In this document: positions 48,554 to 60,500 of the stretch, one piece after another
Position numbering within the stretch: position 1 is the first letter of the stretch
Layout of the letters: each line of letters starts with the position of its first letter
NCBI GenBank assembly: GCA_002269645.1
Contig: NIVC01001197.1
Span: forward strand, 62,001-126,000
Length of the DNA: 64,000 bases
Source of the DNA: Macrostomum lignano
Taxonomy: Eukaryota
Reading direction: 5' to 3'
The notes under the pieces: model-generated
The model's input: only the letters and a program-made list of their open reading frames with translations
Database searches by the model: none
Told to the model about the DNA's origin: nothing
Program-made: the position numbers and the translations under genes

Positions 48554-50508
48554 TCTTTTCTCCCATCTCTCTTCTCCTCTCTACTCTCTCCCCTCTTCAT
48601 TCTCCGATTTCCTCTTCTCTCTCCCTGTCTCTCCTCTCTCCTCTAGTCTCTGTAATCTCTTCTCTCTTATCTCTACTCTGTTCTCTCTACTCTCCCATCT
48701 CTCGTCTGTTCACCCTCATCTCTGCTCTCTCATCTGTCATCTTTACTCTCTAATACGTTCTCTCACTTATCTCCTCTGTACTCTTCTCTTTCACCTCTTC
48801 TGACTCCTCTCTTTCCTTACTCCTTTCTTCTTTTCTCTTCCCTTTTCTATACTCTCTCTCCTCTATTATCTTCTCTCGTCTCTCTGCACTCTCCTCTCAC
48901 CTTTTTCATCTCTCATCTTTTCTTCCATCTGTCTCATCTCTACAATCTCATCTCTTTCCTCTCTCCTCCTCTTCCCTTTACTCTCTCATCTCTCCTTTCT
49001 CCCCTCTTCTTTCACCACTCTCTTATCTCTATCTCTTCTCTTCTCACTCCTCTATCCCCCTCTTATCTCCTCTCTTCTCTATCCTTTCTACTCTCTCCTC
49101 TCTAATCTCTCCTCTCCTCTTGACCCTCTGTCATCTTCTTTCTGCTCTCTCATCTCTACTCTCTTCTCAATCTTCTCTACTCTCCTCTCTCATCGATCCT
49201 CTGTCTCATCTCTCCCCTCTTCTCACCTTTACTCTTTCCTCTCCTTCCTTTCTCCCCTCCTCTCGCTTCTTCCTCCCTTCTTCTCTGCTCTCTCCTCACC
49301 ACTTTTCCTTTTCACTCTCATCTGGCCCGCAGCCATGAGCTGGATTCTTTATCTGGCCTTTGAGATAAAAATCTGCCAATCCCTGCTTCGAAAACTATCA
49401 TGGGACGTAGTACTATCATGGTTGTTATCATTTCTCATGCTTTAATCACGTCATCTTTCTGGCCAATCCACCACCACAGTCTGCAGCAGTCTAACAACCA
49501 AGGAAATACGCATTTCTTAGGAGGCCATTTAAATTTTGAAGTTACCTTATGCGAATCTTAATGTTAAAATTTTCATGGTGTAACTAATTTAGTAGGATTG
49601 CATTGTAATCAGTTATTCATTAATTTTTCGCTATTTTTATAAACCATCCCACATCGCCTTGATTTGCCATCCTTGTTTAACTGCTGCGACTTGTCTATAC
49701 AGAGGACAGTAGTTTGAATCTCTCGCTAAACTCTCTCCTCTCCACGCCTCTCCACTCGCGGGGGTACAGAGAAGGCTATTAAAAAGTTATTCCAAAACAC
49801 TGTACATTCGCTATGTACATTGAGCCCTATCGCCTGATCCTTCGTCTGGCTCTGGGAGAATGAGTGAGTGAGTGGCACAAACAACAGAAAAAGCAGACAA
49901 ACTTCACATGTTTACAGTTTCTGTTCTGATTGAGTTAGAGAGTTGAAACTTTACATTTAGATAGAGAATGGGTCACAATGAAGAATTGTGTCAAATTTGA
50001 AGTCAATCGCTTCACGTGGAGCAAAACTATGGCAGCCGAAAGTTAGGCATTTTAAAACCTATTCACACCCTTTGCCCAGATCGGGAAAGAGAGGCAGGCG
50101 GGCGGAGGTTGGGGTGGCTGCCTCGCTGAAAAAAACAGCCTAACTTTAAAAGTGCACAGCGCCGTTCAGGATTAACTTTGAGACTTGAAATTTTAAACGA
50201 TTGTGTCAAAATAGTTGAAAATTGTCTGTGTCAAATTTGAAGAGAATCGGTAGAAGTGGAGCGGCGCTATGGAAGATTTAGTGAAAAAATCGCGCATTTT
50301 GAGCAGTTTTTTGTACTTTTAGGTAGGAAGACTTGAGTCTAGGAAATTAAAAGGTAGCCTAAGACATTCTCCGTAGTAAGTTTAGGGTGGGTGTAAAGTT
50401 TGGTGTCATTTGGTTGAGCGGTTTGGGAGTCCATAGCGATCAAAATTGTCCACACACAGACAGACACACACACACACACACAGAGTTTTGATTTTTATAG
50501 GTAGAGAT
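47788..50508. mobile_element. Helentron/HINE-like non-autonomous repeat, copy C
   Basis: Same termini and conserved blocks as copy B; the internal CT tract (48060-49320) differs. Confidence 0.7.
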
Positions 50509-52469
50509 ATTTATTGATAATATTTTGCGTAGAAAAACAAATGCTAAAATCAGTTTCTAGTTTGCGCGCGAATTTAACATGGTTATTAATCGGCTATTTT
50601 ACATGTATGAATCGTAATAAGCATTTTATCAGGTCAGACACAAAGAATAGTAAAGGTAGTTAATAGAAGCATACACTAGCACACATACTATACATAACAT
50701 AGCTAATCTAAAATAAATTAAACCACTAGAAAATGTACAAAAAGATATATAAGCTAGGCCTAATTATTTATTAACTAGTGTAGCAACTATAAAAGATGCT
50801 AGTCTAACTGCTTCTAGTCTAGCATAAGCATTTTGTTCAGTTTAGAATTAGATACATATTTTGTAATTTTGCCTAGGCCCCCTAGGCTACTATTTGAAAT
50901 TTAGATAGTATTTTAGATATAATAGGCTAGGCCCCATAATTGAGATTGAAGACTAGTTCAGAGTTAACAAATTAAAAACTTAATACTAGAACTAGGCCCT
51001 AGTTGGTTATGCATTGTTTAACCAAGAGGGAGCTATGAGATGCTATAGACTGCCAAGACTGGGCCTGTGTGTGAGTTATTCTGGCAAATGTGAGAGGCTA
51101 TATAGTAGCTCTTTAAAGTCCAAAATATTAATGATAAGGAAACCTATAATTAACCTACAAACATAAGCCCTAGTAAAGAATCTATCCTCAAAGCAATAAA
51201 CAAGCCCTATAATATAATTTATTTAAAGTTATTTAACACTGAACAAAAACGAAAAATCTTTAATATCACTTTTAAAAGATCGGCTTATAGAATGGTCACT
51301 TTATAAAATAAGCAAATAAACAAATCGATAAAAAAGTTATTGTTAAGAGAAAAAGAAGTATAAAAATCATATTCCAAAATTTTTGCCTTAAATAATATAA
51401 ATTATGGCTCAGTCTAGACTCTAGATTTGTTCAGTTTTCTAAGTCGTTACTGTTACAGTACTATAATTATCTAGTTGTTAGGGCTAAAAATCGTGTGAAT
51501 ATAATAACTTACTTTAATACATCGTTACCTAAATATATTAAAACATATATTAGGCCTAAGCATTACATGCTTTAAAGTTTTTTAAACTTGATTTTGTTCA
51601 AAAACTTCCAAAGTCGTTGTGTTGTGTGCATGCAGATTTAAGAAGATATAGAGAATATACTTTGAAAACTTGTCAAGTACTTCGAAGTAGAGACGGGCAA
51701 CAAAACTTTGAAAACTTGTCAAGTACATGTAATTAATTATTTAAAATTTATATGGTACCATACTATTAATATTACTATTAATTTGAATAATATTTCAAAT
51801 CAATTTTATGTCTGATCAAGCGACATCACATACTTGCCAAGTACCCTGTGAAAAAAAAGCTAGCGAAGCGCCAGCGAAATTTTGCTCGCGAAATGCTTAC
51901 AAGTTGTCACTAATATTTCATAACGAAACGCCAGCGAAATTATCCTGCAATTCGCCACTATTTTGCCAGGATTTAGCTACCCTTCAATTTCTTTAGGAAT
52001 TCACTTTTATTGATTTGATTTGCATGAGAAGCAATTTTTTATGTAATATTATTGTTGTTTGTATTCAATCTACTGTTTATATGAGAATTTAAAACCCCTG
52101 CTTAATTCCCTTTTATCTTCAGCCGAAAAATAAGCTTTGAAGTATAAGAAAAATTGCTCTTACATTATCAAACGTGTATTAATATATCGGTAATTGTAAA
52201 GGTTGGTGAATTATACCTGATTATTTTTAGATTATGATTTTTGATTTTCATTATACTTGTCAGCTATAAAAATGCCATGAAAATAGAATTAATATATACT
52301 GTATATTAGTTGAATGATTCGTTGCACATAAAAAATTATATTACAAAACAGCCACCACTCAGCCACCATCCAGGTCCCAGATCAGTAGTCTTCAGTTCCA
52401 ATTGTCATCACCGTTATCGCCATCGACATCCTCACCGTCGGTCTCGTGCTCTGAGTTGCTCGTCGAAGT

Positions 52470-54589
52470 GTCAGCACTGCGGGCCACTGCCACGACTGTT
52501 CGATCTCGTCGGTGTAGTCAAGATGCAACTCGCAGCAGCAGTGCCACCTTTCTTAGTCTTGTATCGAGCTCGGCCCTTCGCCCCCTTCATGCACCTCCGA
52601 ATGAATTCCTTCACATCACTCTCCGTTGCCTGCGGTCGCGATTTCCTAACAGCATCTGTAAGATTTAATGGGGGGAGGCATTCTGGGAGGGGGCGCACTG
52701 AAGGAACCGGGAGGGCACTTTGAAGGACCGAGTCGCATTCATGGTGCAAAAGGGCGCATGGAAGAACGGGAAGCGTAGGGGCAGGAGGCGAATCTATTTT
52801 AGCGCCTCTTTGGGGGAGGGGGAGCTATACTAACCGTGTTGCTCCCTCTTACCGCGAGTGTGAGTATATTTTAGTTTTGTTCTAACGGCAGCCAATTTTA
52901 CTTCACATTGCAACATTTGGGAGCAGACGGCTTGCTAAGTTGCTGTTGTTACTGAGTAAGCACCCCCTTTGCACAACAGTTTGTTTTTTAACTGAGAAAT
53001 GGAGTTTTAAAAAGTGTAAATTTCTTACCAACAATGACCTTCGTCAGTGACTCCGGAAATGCAGTCTTGCCACAACTGCCATCCGAATTAAATTGTAACA
53101 GCAGATTGTCAGATACAAGCCGTCGAACAGTTGAAAACACATGGTCACGTAGGTCGGAACCACCAACAAGGGACAGTGACGACACCTGGATAAAAATGGA
53201 TGTGTGCTTCACTGTACAAACAGTTGCTATACAATAAAGTGGAAGTAGTGCTCACACAGAAAGACACATTGTATGGACACAGACGCGATAGGTAATGTAA
53301 CATTTTAGTAGCAGTTAGCGCCTCCAGCGATTATAGTTAATAGAATTGTTATTACACTGCCTAGAATAACGGGAATTCAGTGGCGCAACCAGGGGGGGGG
53401 GGGGGGCGGTCGCCCCCCCCCCTTAGGCGGAGACCCAAAAAAAAATCGGAGGGGAGACCAAGCGAATTTTCGCCAAAAACAGAGCCTCCCCTCCGCCCCC
53501 CCCCCTCCCGGGACTTTACCTTCCAGAATCCGCCCCCCCCTCAAAAAATTTCTGGTTGCGCTACTGCGGGAATTTACCTTACATTTTAATGCTTCACGTA
53601 TAGCCACGGTTCAAGACATCAATTTAAGACAGGTTCAACTACATCTTTTATAGCTGACCTTGCACAGAAACAGTAAATCAATTGCAAATACACCAAGTAA
53701 CTTACCAATTCAAGGTAAAACTTCCGAGATTCCTTAGCACGTGCCTCAACATCCTTCAGTGCATCTTCACGTGTGATTGGCAGCTTGTCGATCAATTGGG
53801 TTTCAATGCTGCCTATTGCTCCTCCTCTTATGCTAGCTAATTGAGAATGCAAACTTCGCACATGTTGGCAGAGAGAGGTAAGCTGAGACGACATGAGTTC
53901 CTGGCGCCTAGAAACTTCGGTGACAGTTCCTGCTAGGACGTTCATCTTGTACAAGATTTTCTCTTGGATTCCTGCACTGCACGGATTTTGGCACCTGCAC
54001 TTTCCCCTTCATTGGCAGGGGGCATCCGCTTAGAACTGATCGCAGGAGACATTTCTTCATGTTCCTGTGATGCAGCAGTGACCTCCAGATCCACAGAAGG
54101 GGGTTGAAAGGCGTCCAGTTGAATGGGTGGAAGTTTAGTCTTCGAACTGTTTGTACTTCCTGAACTGGCACCCTCACGTACGTTGTTTCTCTTTGTATTC
54201 TTGGGTGTGGTATCTGACTCCTCTGTAAAAATGTTCTAAAGGGGCTCATATCGTTAGCGCTTCCCATTGTGGAATCTAGGCAAGCGAGTCAGTAGATCAC
54301 CAAGCTTTTTTTTCTTTTTACGGAGTAGATCGACACATCTGTCTTCGGTAACATCTAAATCTGCAACTGTCATGCCAAGTTGGATAACAACACCCTCGCG
54401 TGTCGCATCGCCATCCTTTATTAGTATCTTTGTTTGAACACGGGGCTGGTCAATAATCTGACGATGTATATTCTGTGAGAAATTGGTGTCCTCCAAGTCT
54501 GTGATGGTGACCTGAGAATCGTTCAGTAGGAAAACGACAGCAAACTTGCACTGACTGAGTGGCAGCATCTGAAACATGATTGATTGCAA
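52470..54589 (-). pseudogene. Second, intron-containing ORF of the EnSpm/CMC element (DUF4806-like C-terminus)
   Basis: Minus-strand pieces 54254-54589, 53908-54267, 53619-53954, 52988-53212 (LVSDNLLLQFNSDGSCGKTAF) and 52471-52749 (KSRPQATESDVKEFIRRCMKGAKGR) lie directly downstream of the transposase. The domain label is from memory. Confidence 0.55.
53378..53566. mobile_element. hAT MITE nested in the EnSpm/CMC element
   Basis: TIRs CAGTGGCGCAACCAG / CTGGTTGCGCTACTG with an exact 8-bp TSD CGGGAATT (53370-53377 and 53567-53574). Confidence 0.9.
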
Positions 54590-54597
54590 ATTGCGTA

Positions 54598-57500
54598 TTA
54601 GTCAGCATCATTGTTGATGACGGGGATAAGCAGAAATTCACCACGCGATGGCATGCAAATACAGCTCTGCAGTGCCTTCGCTTTTGTCACATAGGTTCTT
54701 GACATGGAGTAGTACCCCATTCGGAGATAGTATGAGTCATAGGGAGTCATGTAGAGACTTCTTGAGAAGTTCAGGCGAGTTCCACTGACAAGATCTCCAT
54801 CACTCGTTGCTACAAGCACAATTGAGCCATCATTTAATAGTGCACAGTTATTTGCTCCATCTGAGAATTTTAGGCCTGGCAAGACATTCATGGACAGTGG
54901 TAGCAGTTGCATGTCAAGTATCTTGTTTATTGTACGCTCAAACGTGTTTGAACCTGGTGCTATTCTGCGTTTCAGGATTCCTAGAAAGTTCTCAAAAGGA
55001 AAAGCAGAAAATGAGTCCAGATTCCCAAACTGCTTTACATATTCAGCAAGGTGAAGGCAACAGTGGATATTATAGCTCATGGCTTCGTCCCCATAAAGAC
55101 TGGCAAAATATTCTACAAATTTTCTTAAACAACTTTCTGCTTGACTATAGTAGACAGCACTACTAAGGGCCGGCAGATCCGCCCTTTTTGGAGGTGGGGT
55201 GGGTGTCAACCCTCCTCGCCTCTCATTGGCTGGCGCGCGCGCCGCAGGCGCTTGGCGCCAAGCGCCAATCAGGCGCCCATGCCGCTGGCGCACCCTCCCG
55301 ATATGTGCACCCTCCCGAGCCGCAGGCGACCCTCCCGATATGTATGCCGCAGGCGACCATGCCGCAGGGGTACCCTCCTGATATGTATGCGCACTCTCCC
55401 GATATGTACACCGATATGTATGCAGCAGGCGCCCATGCCGCAGGCGCCCCGAGTGTACACTCTCCCGAGCCAAAGGTACACTCTCCCAATACGGGTGTAC
55501 ACTCTCCCGGCATAAAGTGTACACTCCCCCAAGTACACTCTCCCCAGTACACTCTCCCCAGTACACTCTCCCGATATGTGTGTACACCGATATGTAGTCA
55601 ACGATACGTGCCTCTTCCCCTCTCTCACCCACATCTCAACTAGCGAAATCGAACCCAGGTCGCGCCCATACTAGGCCACTACACGGTTGTGGGGTATAGG
55701 GAGCGAGAAGTTTCAACCCTAACGCTGACGCCGCCCTGTAGCAGGGGACAGATAACAGGCGGCCCCCTGTAGCAGTATGAGGTGGGGGGTACAGAGAGAC
55801 ACGGGGTGCTGGGACAGAGAGGCATGTACGGGCAGAGAGGGGTGGGTGGACAGAGAGACGGCCACTAGGTTATTATACTGTTGAAGCATAGGGAGCGAGA
55901 AGTTTTAACCCCGATGCTGACGCAGCCCTGTACAGTGAGTGTGTACGGGCAGAGGGTGGGTGGACAGAGAGATGTGAATAACACAACCTGCTGCAGGAGC
56001 CGGATAGAGAGGCGCATGCTAGGACAGAGAGGCAGTGTGAGTCACACACCCCCACAGAGAGAGCCGTACAGAGGATAGAGAGCTCCCTCCCCAGTTGCAG
56101 GGGACAGAGAGGCAGGCAGGGTATGCAGGGGCATGCGAACAGTCAAGGGGCCACGCGAGGATAGAGTGGAGGAGCAGAGATGTGTATGGACAGAGAGCAG
56201 GCCACGCGTGCGTAGTGTGAGGGAACAGAAACATATGGAGCAGGAGGGAGATAGGGCGCAAACGCGCTGGGTAAGGGAGCCACACAGGGCGGTACAGTGA
56301 GACACAGGCAGGGGTGGAGCCGTGCGTGGACAGAGCTGAACGGCACGGTCGGCTGCAGGAATAGGATGATAGAGAGGCGCGGAGAGGAGGGGACAGAGAG
56401 CAGTGTGCAGGTGTAGGCAGCCACGCTGGCAGGGGAACAGAGGCGCGTGTAGCCAGTTGCAGCCCGGGACAGAGAAGTGTGAAGGGGGCCTGGGCAGAGT
56501 TCCGAGCAAGGCACAGAGAGGTAGGGTCCGGTAGCCATGTATAGACAGGGACCCACGCGAGGGCAGGACAGGGGAGTAGACATGCAAGTTGCATGCAAGG
56601 CCAGAGAGGTGTGCGCGGAGGGAGACAGAGAGCAGTGTGTAGGGGTAGGTAACAGCAAACTTTAGTAGAGGTGCGTGCGGGGACGGAGAAACCAGTCTGA
56701 GCGTACAGAGACGTTACAGAGAGGTACACAAACATAGAACAAAGCGAGCAGAGCACATGTGTAGGGACAGAGACGTGAGGGAGAATCGACCAAAACACAC
56801 TATGTATTTCCAAAAGTTGGTTTTAGTGCAACATATTTAATAGTGGGTAGTATAATAGTATGTACATAGTAGGTATAATAGTAGTAATAACAGTAAGTAT
56901 ATTAGCCCAAAAGGTAGGCTAAAACAGGCTAAACTGTGTGTACGCATCCTCATCACCCCACAAGCCCCTCTCCCGCCAGACTCACTCTTCCAAACCCTCT
57001 TATATTGCTGTATGAAGGAAAATATAGTGTAAAAATACAGATGTTAACCGTTAGACCGCTGAAATCAGGGCACACTAGAGAGGGGTTTCGGGGTCTGCAT
57101 GCTCTATGTAAGCTGCTTGAGGAGGTTCCAAGGGCGTTGGGCGGGTTTCCATTATGTTTAGAAAAAAACTAGGGGCTTAAATACAACGTTTTATTCAAAA
57201 AGTAGGTTATTTTAATGAAATAGCTGACACAATCATTGTAGAGAGTAGAAATTTTTATAAGAAACCAGGCATTTTAGCAAAAATAAACCTTCAAACCACA
57301 TAATATTGAATAAAAAGCAGACATTTTCAATTATAAACCGCAAGTATTTTAATAGAAAAGTAAGCAAACAAGGCACAAAACCAGCAAATTTTACCTTTTT
57401 TATTTTAATGTTACTGATAAGGTAGAGAGTAGAAACTTGTGAGCTGTACGGAGTTAGAAAGTATTAACCAATATGTATCGTATGAATTATTAGTTCAGTA

Positions 57501-60500
57501 CCAGCCATTGGTCAAGCGAGCATTTATGAAGTTATTACGAGTGATGAAGGATAGAGAGCTATATACAGGAAGACAGTATCCTTCTAAACCACCACGAACA
57601 GATTGCTAATAGAGATAAGCTTTGTCTGTGTGCAGTATGAGTAAGCGAAGGCGGGGCAAATACTTTTCCACATGCCGGACAGAACAGTATTGTGCTAGGA
57701 TTTCTCTCGAAATCGCGGTACGTTACTAGTTTTTATCACACCATCCAGATGCGTCAACTAGTCAGCAGTAGTCATTTATATGTTATTAGAACTTACAAAC
57801 CCAGGTCAGGTAAATATTACAAAGAGTATATTACGTACACACGCCAACTCCGAATACCAAGCCATACTAGTCTACTTGCAGTGCTCCTGGAGGGAAGGGA
57901 CGGTCAAGAGTTACACAACAAGAATACATTCACACAAAGAGTACACCACTCGAGCCCCGTCCAGGCGCCCCGATATGTATGATGCAGGCAACCCTCCCGA
58001 CATGTACCCCGACATGTACACCCCACCATATGGCACTCGAGCCACAGGTGCCAAGCGCCGTCCGGGCCCCCCGAAATGTACGCCGCGGGCGCCCCCCTCC
58101 CGAGCCGAAGGTACACTCTTCCAATATGAGTGTACACTCTCCCAATACAAGTGTACACTCTCCCAATACAAGTGTACACTCTCCCAATACAAGTGTACAC
58201 TCTCCCAATATGTGTGTACACCGATTTGTAGTCAACAATACCTATTAACACAAAATTAGGCTAGTGAAAACTACTTATAGTAGGTGAAATTGCGTATATT
58301 TACATAAAAAGTAAGCAAAACACATATTAATCCCATCAGTAGGTGTAAATATCGGTGCATAATACATATTACGAAACATATAGGTGTACGGACATATAGA
58401 ATTAAGCATATGGGCAGCAAAAAAAACACACAATGTAGGTGCATTTTATCGATATTTTGGCAGAAAAGTAGGTGAAATAGACAAAATAGTAGGTATAATA
58501 CACAGCACCTACTCATTAGTGTAGTAGGCGCTTGTAGATGCTAGTATATTGTAAGACATAGGTTGAAATACACATACGCACAGTAGATACAAGTATAATG
58601 CAGGTGCATATGCACACACTGTAGATTCAAATTATGTAGATGCATAGGCTAAAATACACACATCGTAGAGGCAGAAGCAGGCATAATGCAGGAAAATTAT
58701 GATATATATTAGTGCGTAAAAGTATCATATTATGACACACTGTAGCACATATTGACATAATGCAGGGGGAAAATATTGACAGAAATAGTGCACAATTGTA
58801 GAGGTAACAACCCGCCAACTAGTAAGGGCATCCGGCACTTGTTCAGGTTCTTATTATTTCGAGACGAGTGTCATGCCCCCACAAGAGATCTTATCAGAAA
58901 TTTGTTGAACTCCACTGCAACTCTCCCCAGAGCCTCCAAATGCGAGTTTTTAACCCAGGGTCGAGTACAAAGGGCCCGCCCACTCTTAACCCCAAGGAGG
59001 GATCCTAGCCGAAACCAAGTGTACGCAATAAATGTACGCAATTTCCGGTATATAGGACCACATGTACACAAAGTACACACACACACAAACAGGCGTATTC
59101 ACAGCAAGAGCTTCCTGCCGATGGCGCCATCGCCTGCAGCGCATCCTGCAGCACCGATCATAATTCTATATGTCCGTACACCTATATGTTTCGTAATATG
59201 TATTATGCACCGATATTTACACCTACTGATGCGATTAATATGTGTTTTGCTTACTTTTTATGTAAATATACGCAATTTCACCTACTATAAGTAGTTTTCA
59301 CTAGCCTAATTTTGTGTTAATAGGTATTGTTGACTACAAATCGGTGTACACACATATTGGGAGAGTGTACACTTGTATTGGGAGAGTGTACACTTGTATT
59401 GGGAGAGTGTACACTTGTATTGGGAGAGTGTACACTCATATTGGAAGAGTGTACCTTCGGCTCGGGAGGGGGGCGCCCGCGGCGTACATTTCGGGGGGCC
59501 CGGACGGCGCTTGGCACCTGTGGCTCGAGTGCCATATGGTGGGGTGTACATGTCGGGGTACATGTCGGGAGGGTTGCCTGCATCATACATATCGGGGCGC
59601 CTGGACGGGGCTCGAGTGGTGTACTCTTTGTGTGAATGTATTCTTGTTGTGTAACTCTTGACCGTCCCTTCCCTCCAGGAGCACTGCAAGTAGACTAGTA
59701 TGGCTTGGTATTCGGAGTTGGCGTGTGTACGTAATATACTCTTTGTAATATTTACCTGACCTGGGTTTGTAAGTTCTAATAACATATAAATGACTACTGC
59801 TGACTAGTTGACGCATCTGGATGGTGTGATAAAAACTAGTAACGTACCGCGATTTCGAGAGAAATCCTAGCACAATACTGTTCTGTCCGGCATGTGGAAA
59901 AGTATTTGCCCCGCCTTCGCTTACTCATACTGCACACAGACAAAGCTTATCTCTATTAGCAATCTGTTCGTGGTGGTTTAGAAGGATACTGTCTTCCTGT
60001 ATATAGCTCTCTATCCTTCATCACTCGTAATAACTTCATAAATGCTCGCTTGACCAATGGCTGGTACTGAACTAATAATTCATACGATACATATTGGTTA
60101 ATACTTTCTAACTCCGTACAGCTCACAAGTTTCTACTCTCTACCTTATCAGTAACATTAAAATAAAAAAGGTAAAATTTGCTGGTTTTGTGCCTTGTTTG
60201 CTTACTTTTCTATTAAAATACTTGCGGTTTATAATTGAAAATGTCTGCTTTTTATTCAATATTATGTGGTTTGAAGGTTTATTTTTGCTAAAATGCCTGG
60301 TTTCTTATAAAAATTTCTACTCTCTACAATGATTGTGTCAGCTATTTCATTAAAATAACCTACTTTTTGAATAAAACGTTGTATTTAAGCCCCTAGTTTT
60401 TTTCTAAACATAATGGAAACCCGCCCAACGCCCTTGGAACCTCCTCAAGCAGCTTACATAGAGCATGCAGACCCCGAAACCCCTCTCTAGTGTGCCCTGA

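Noticed and set aside
40948-49338. Long Leu/Ser-rich and Arg/Glu-rich ORFs
   Set aside because: These are translations of CT/GA low-complexity tracts inside repeats.
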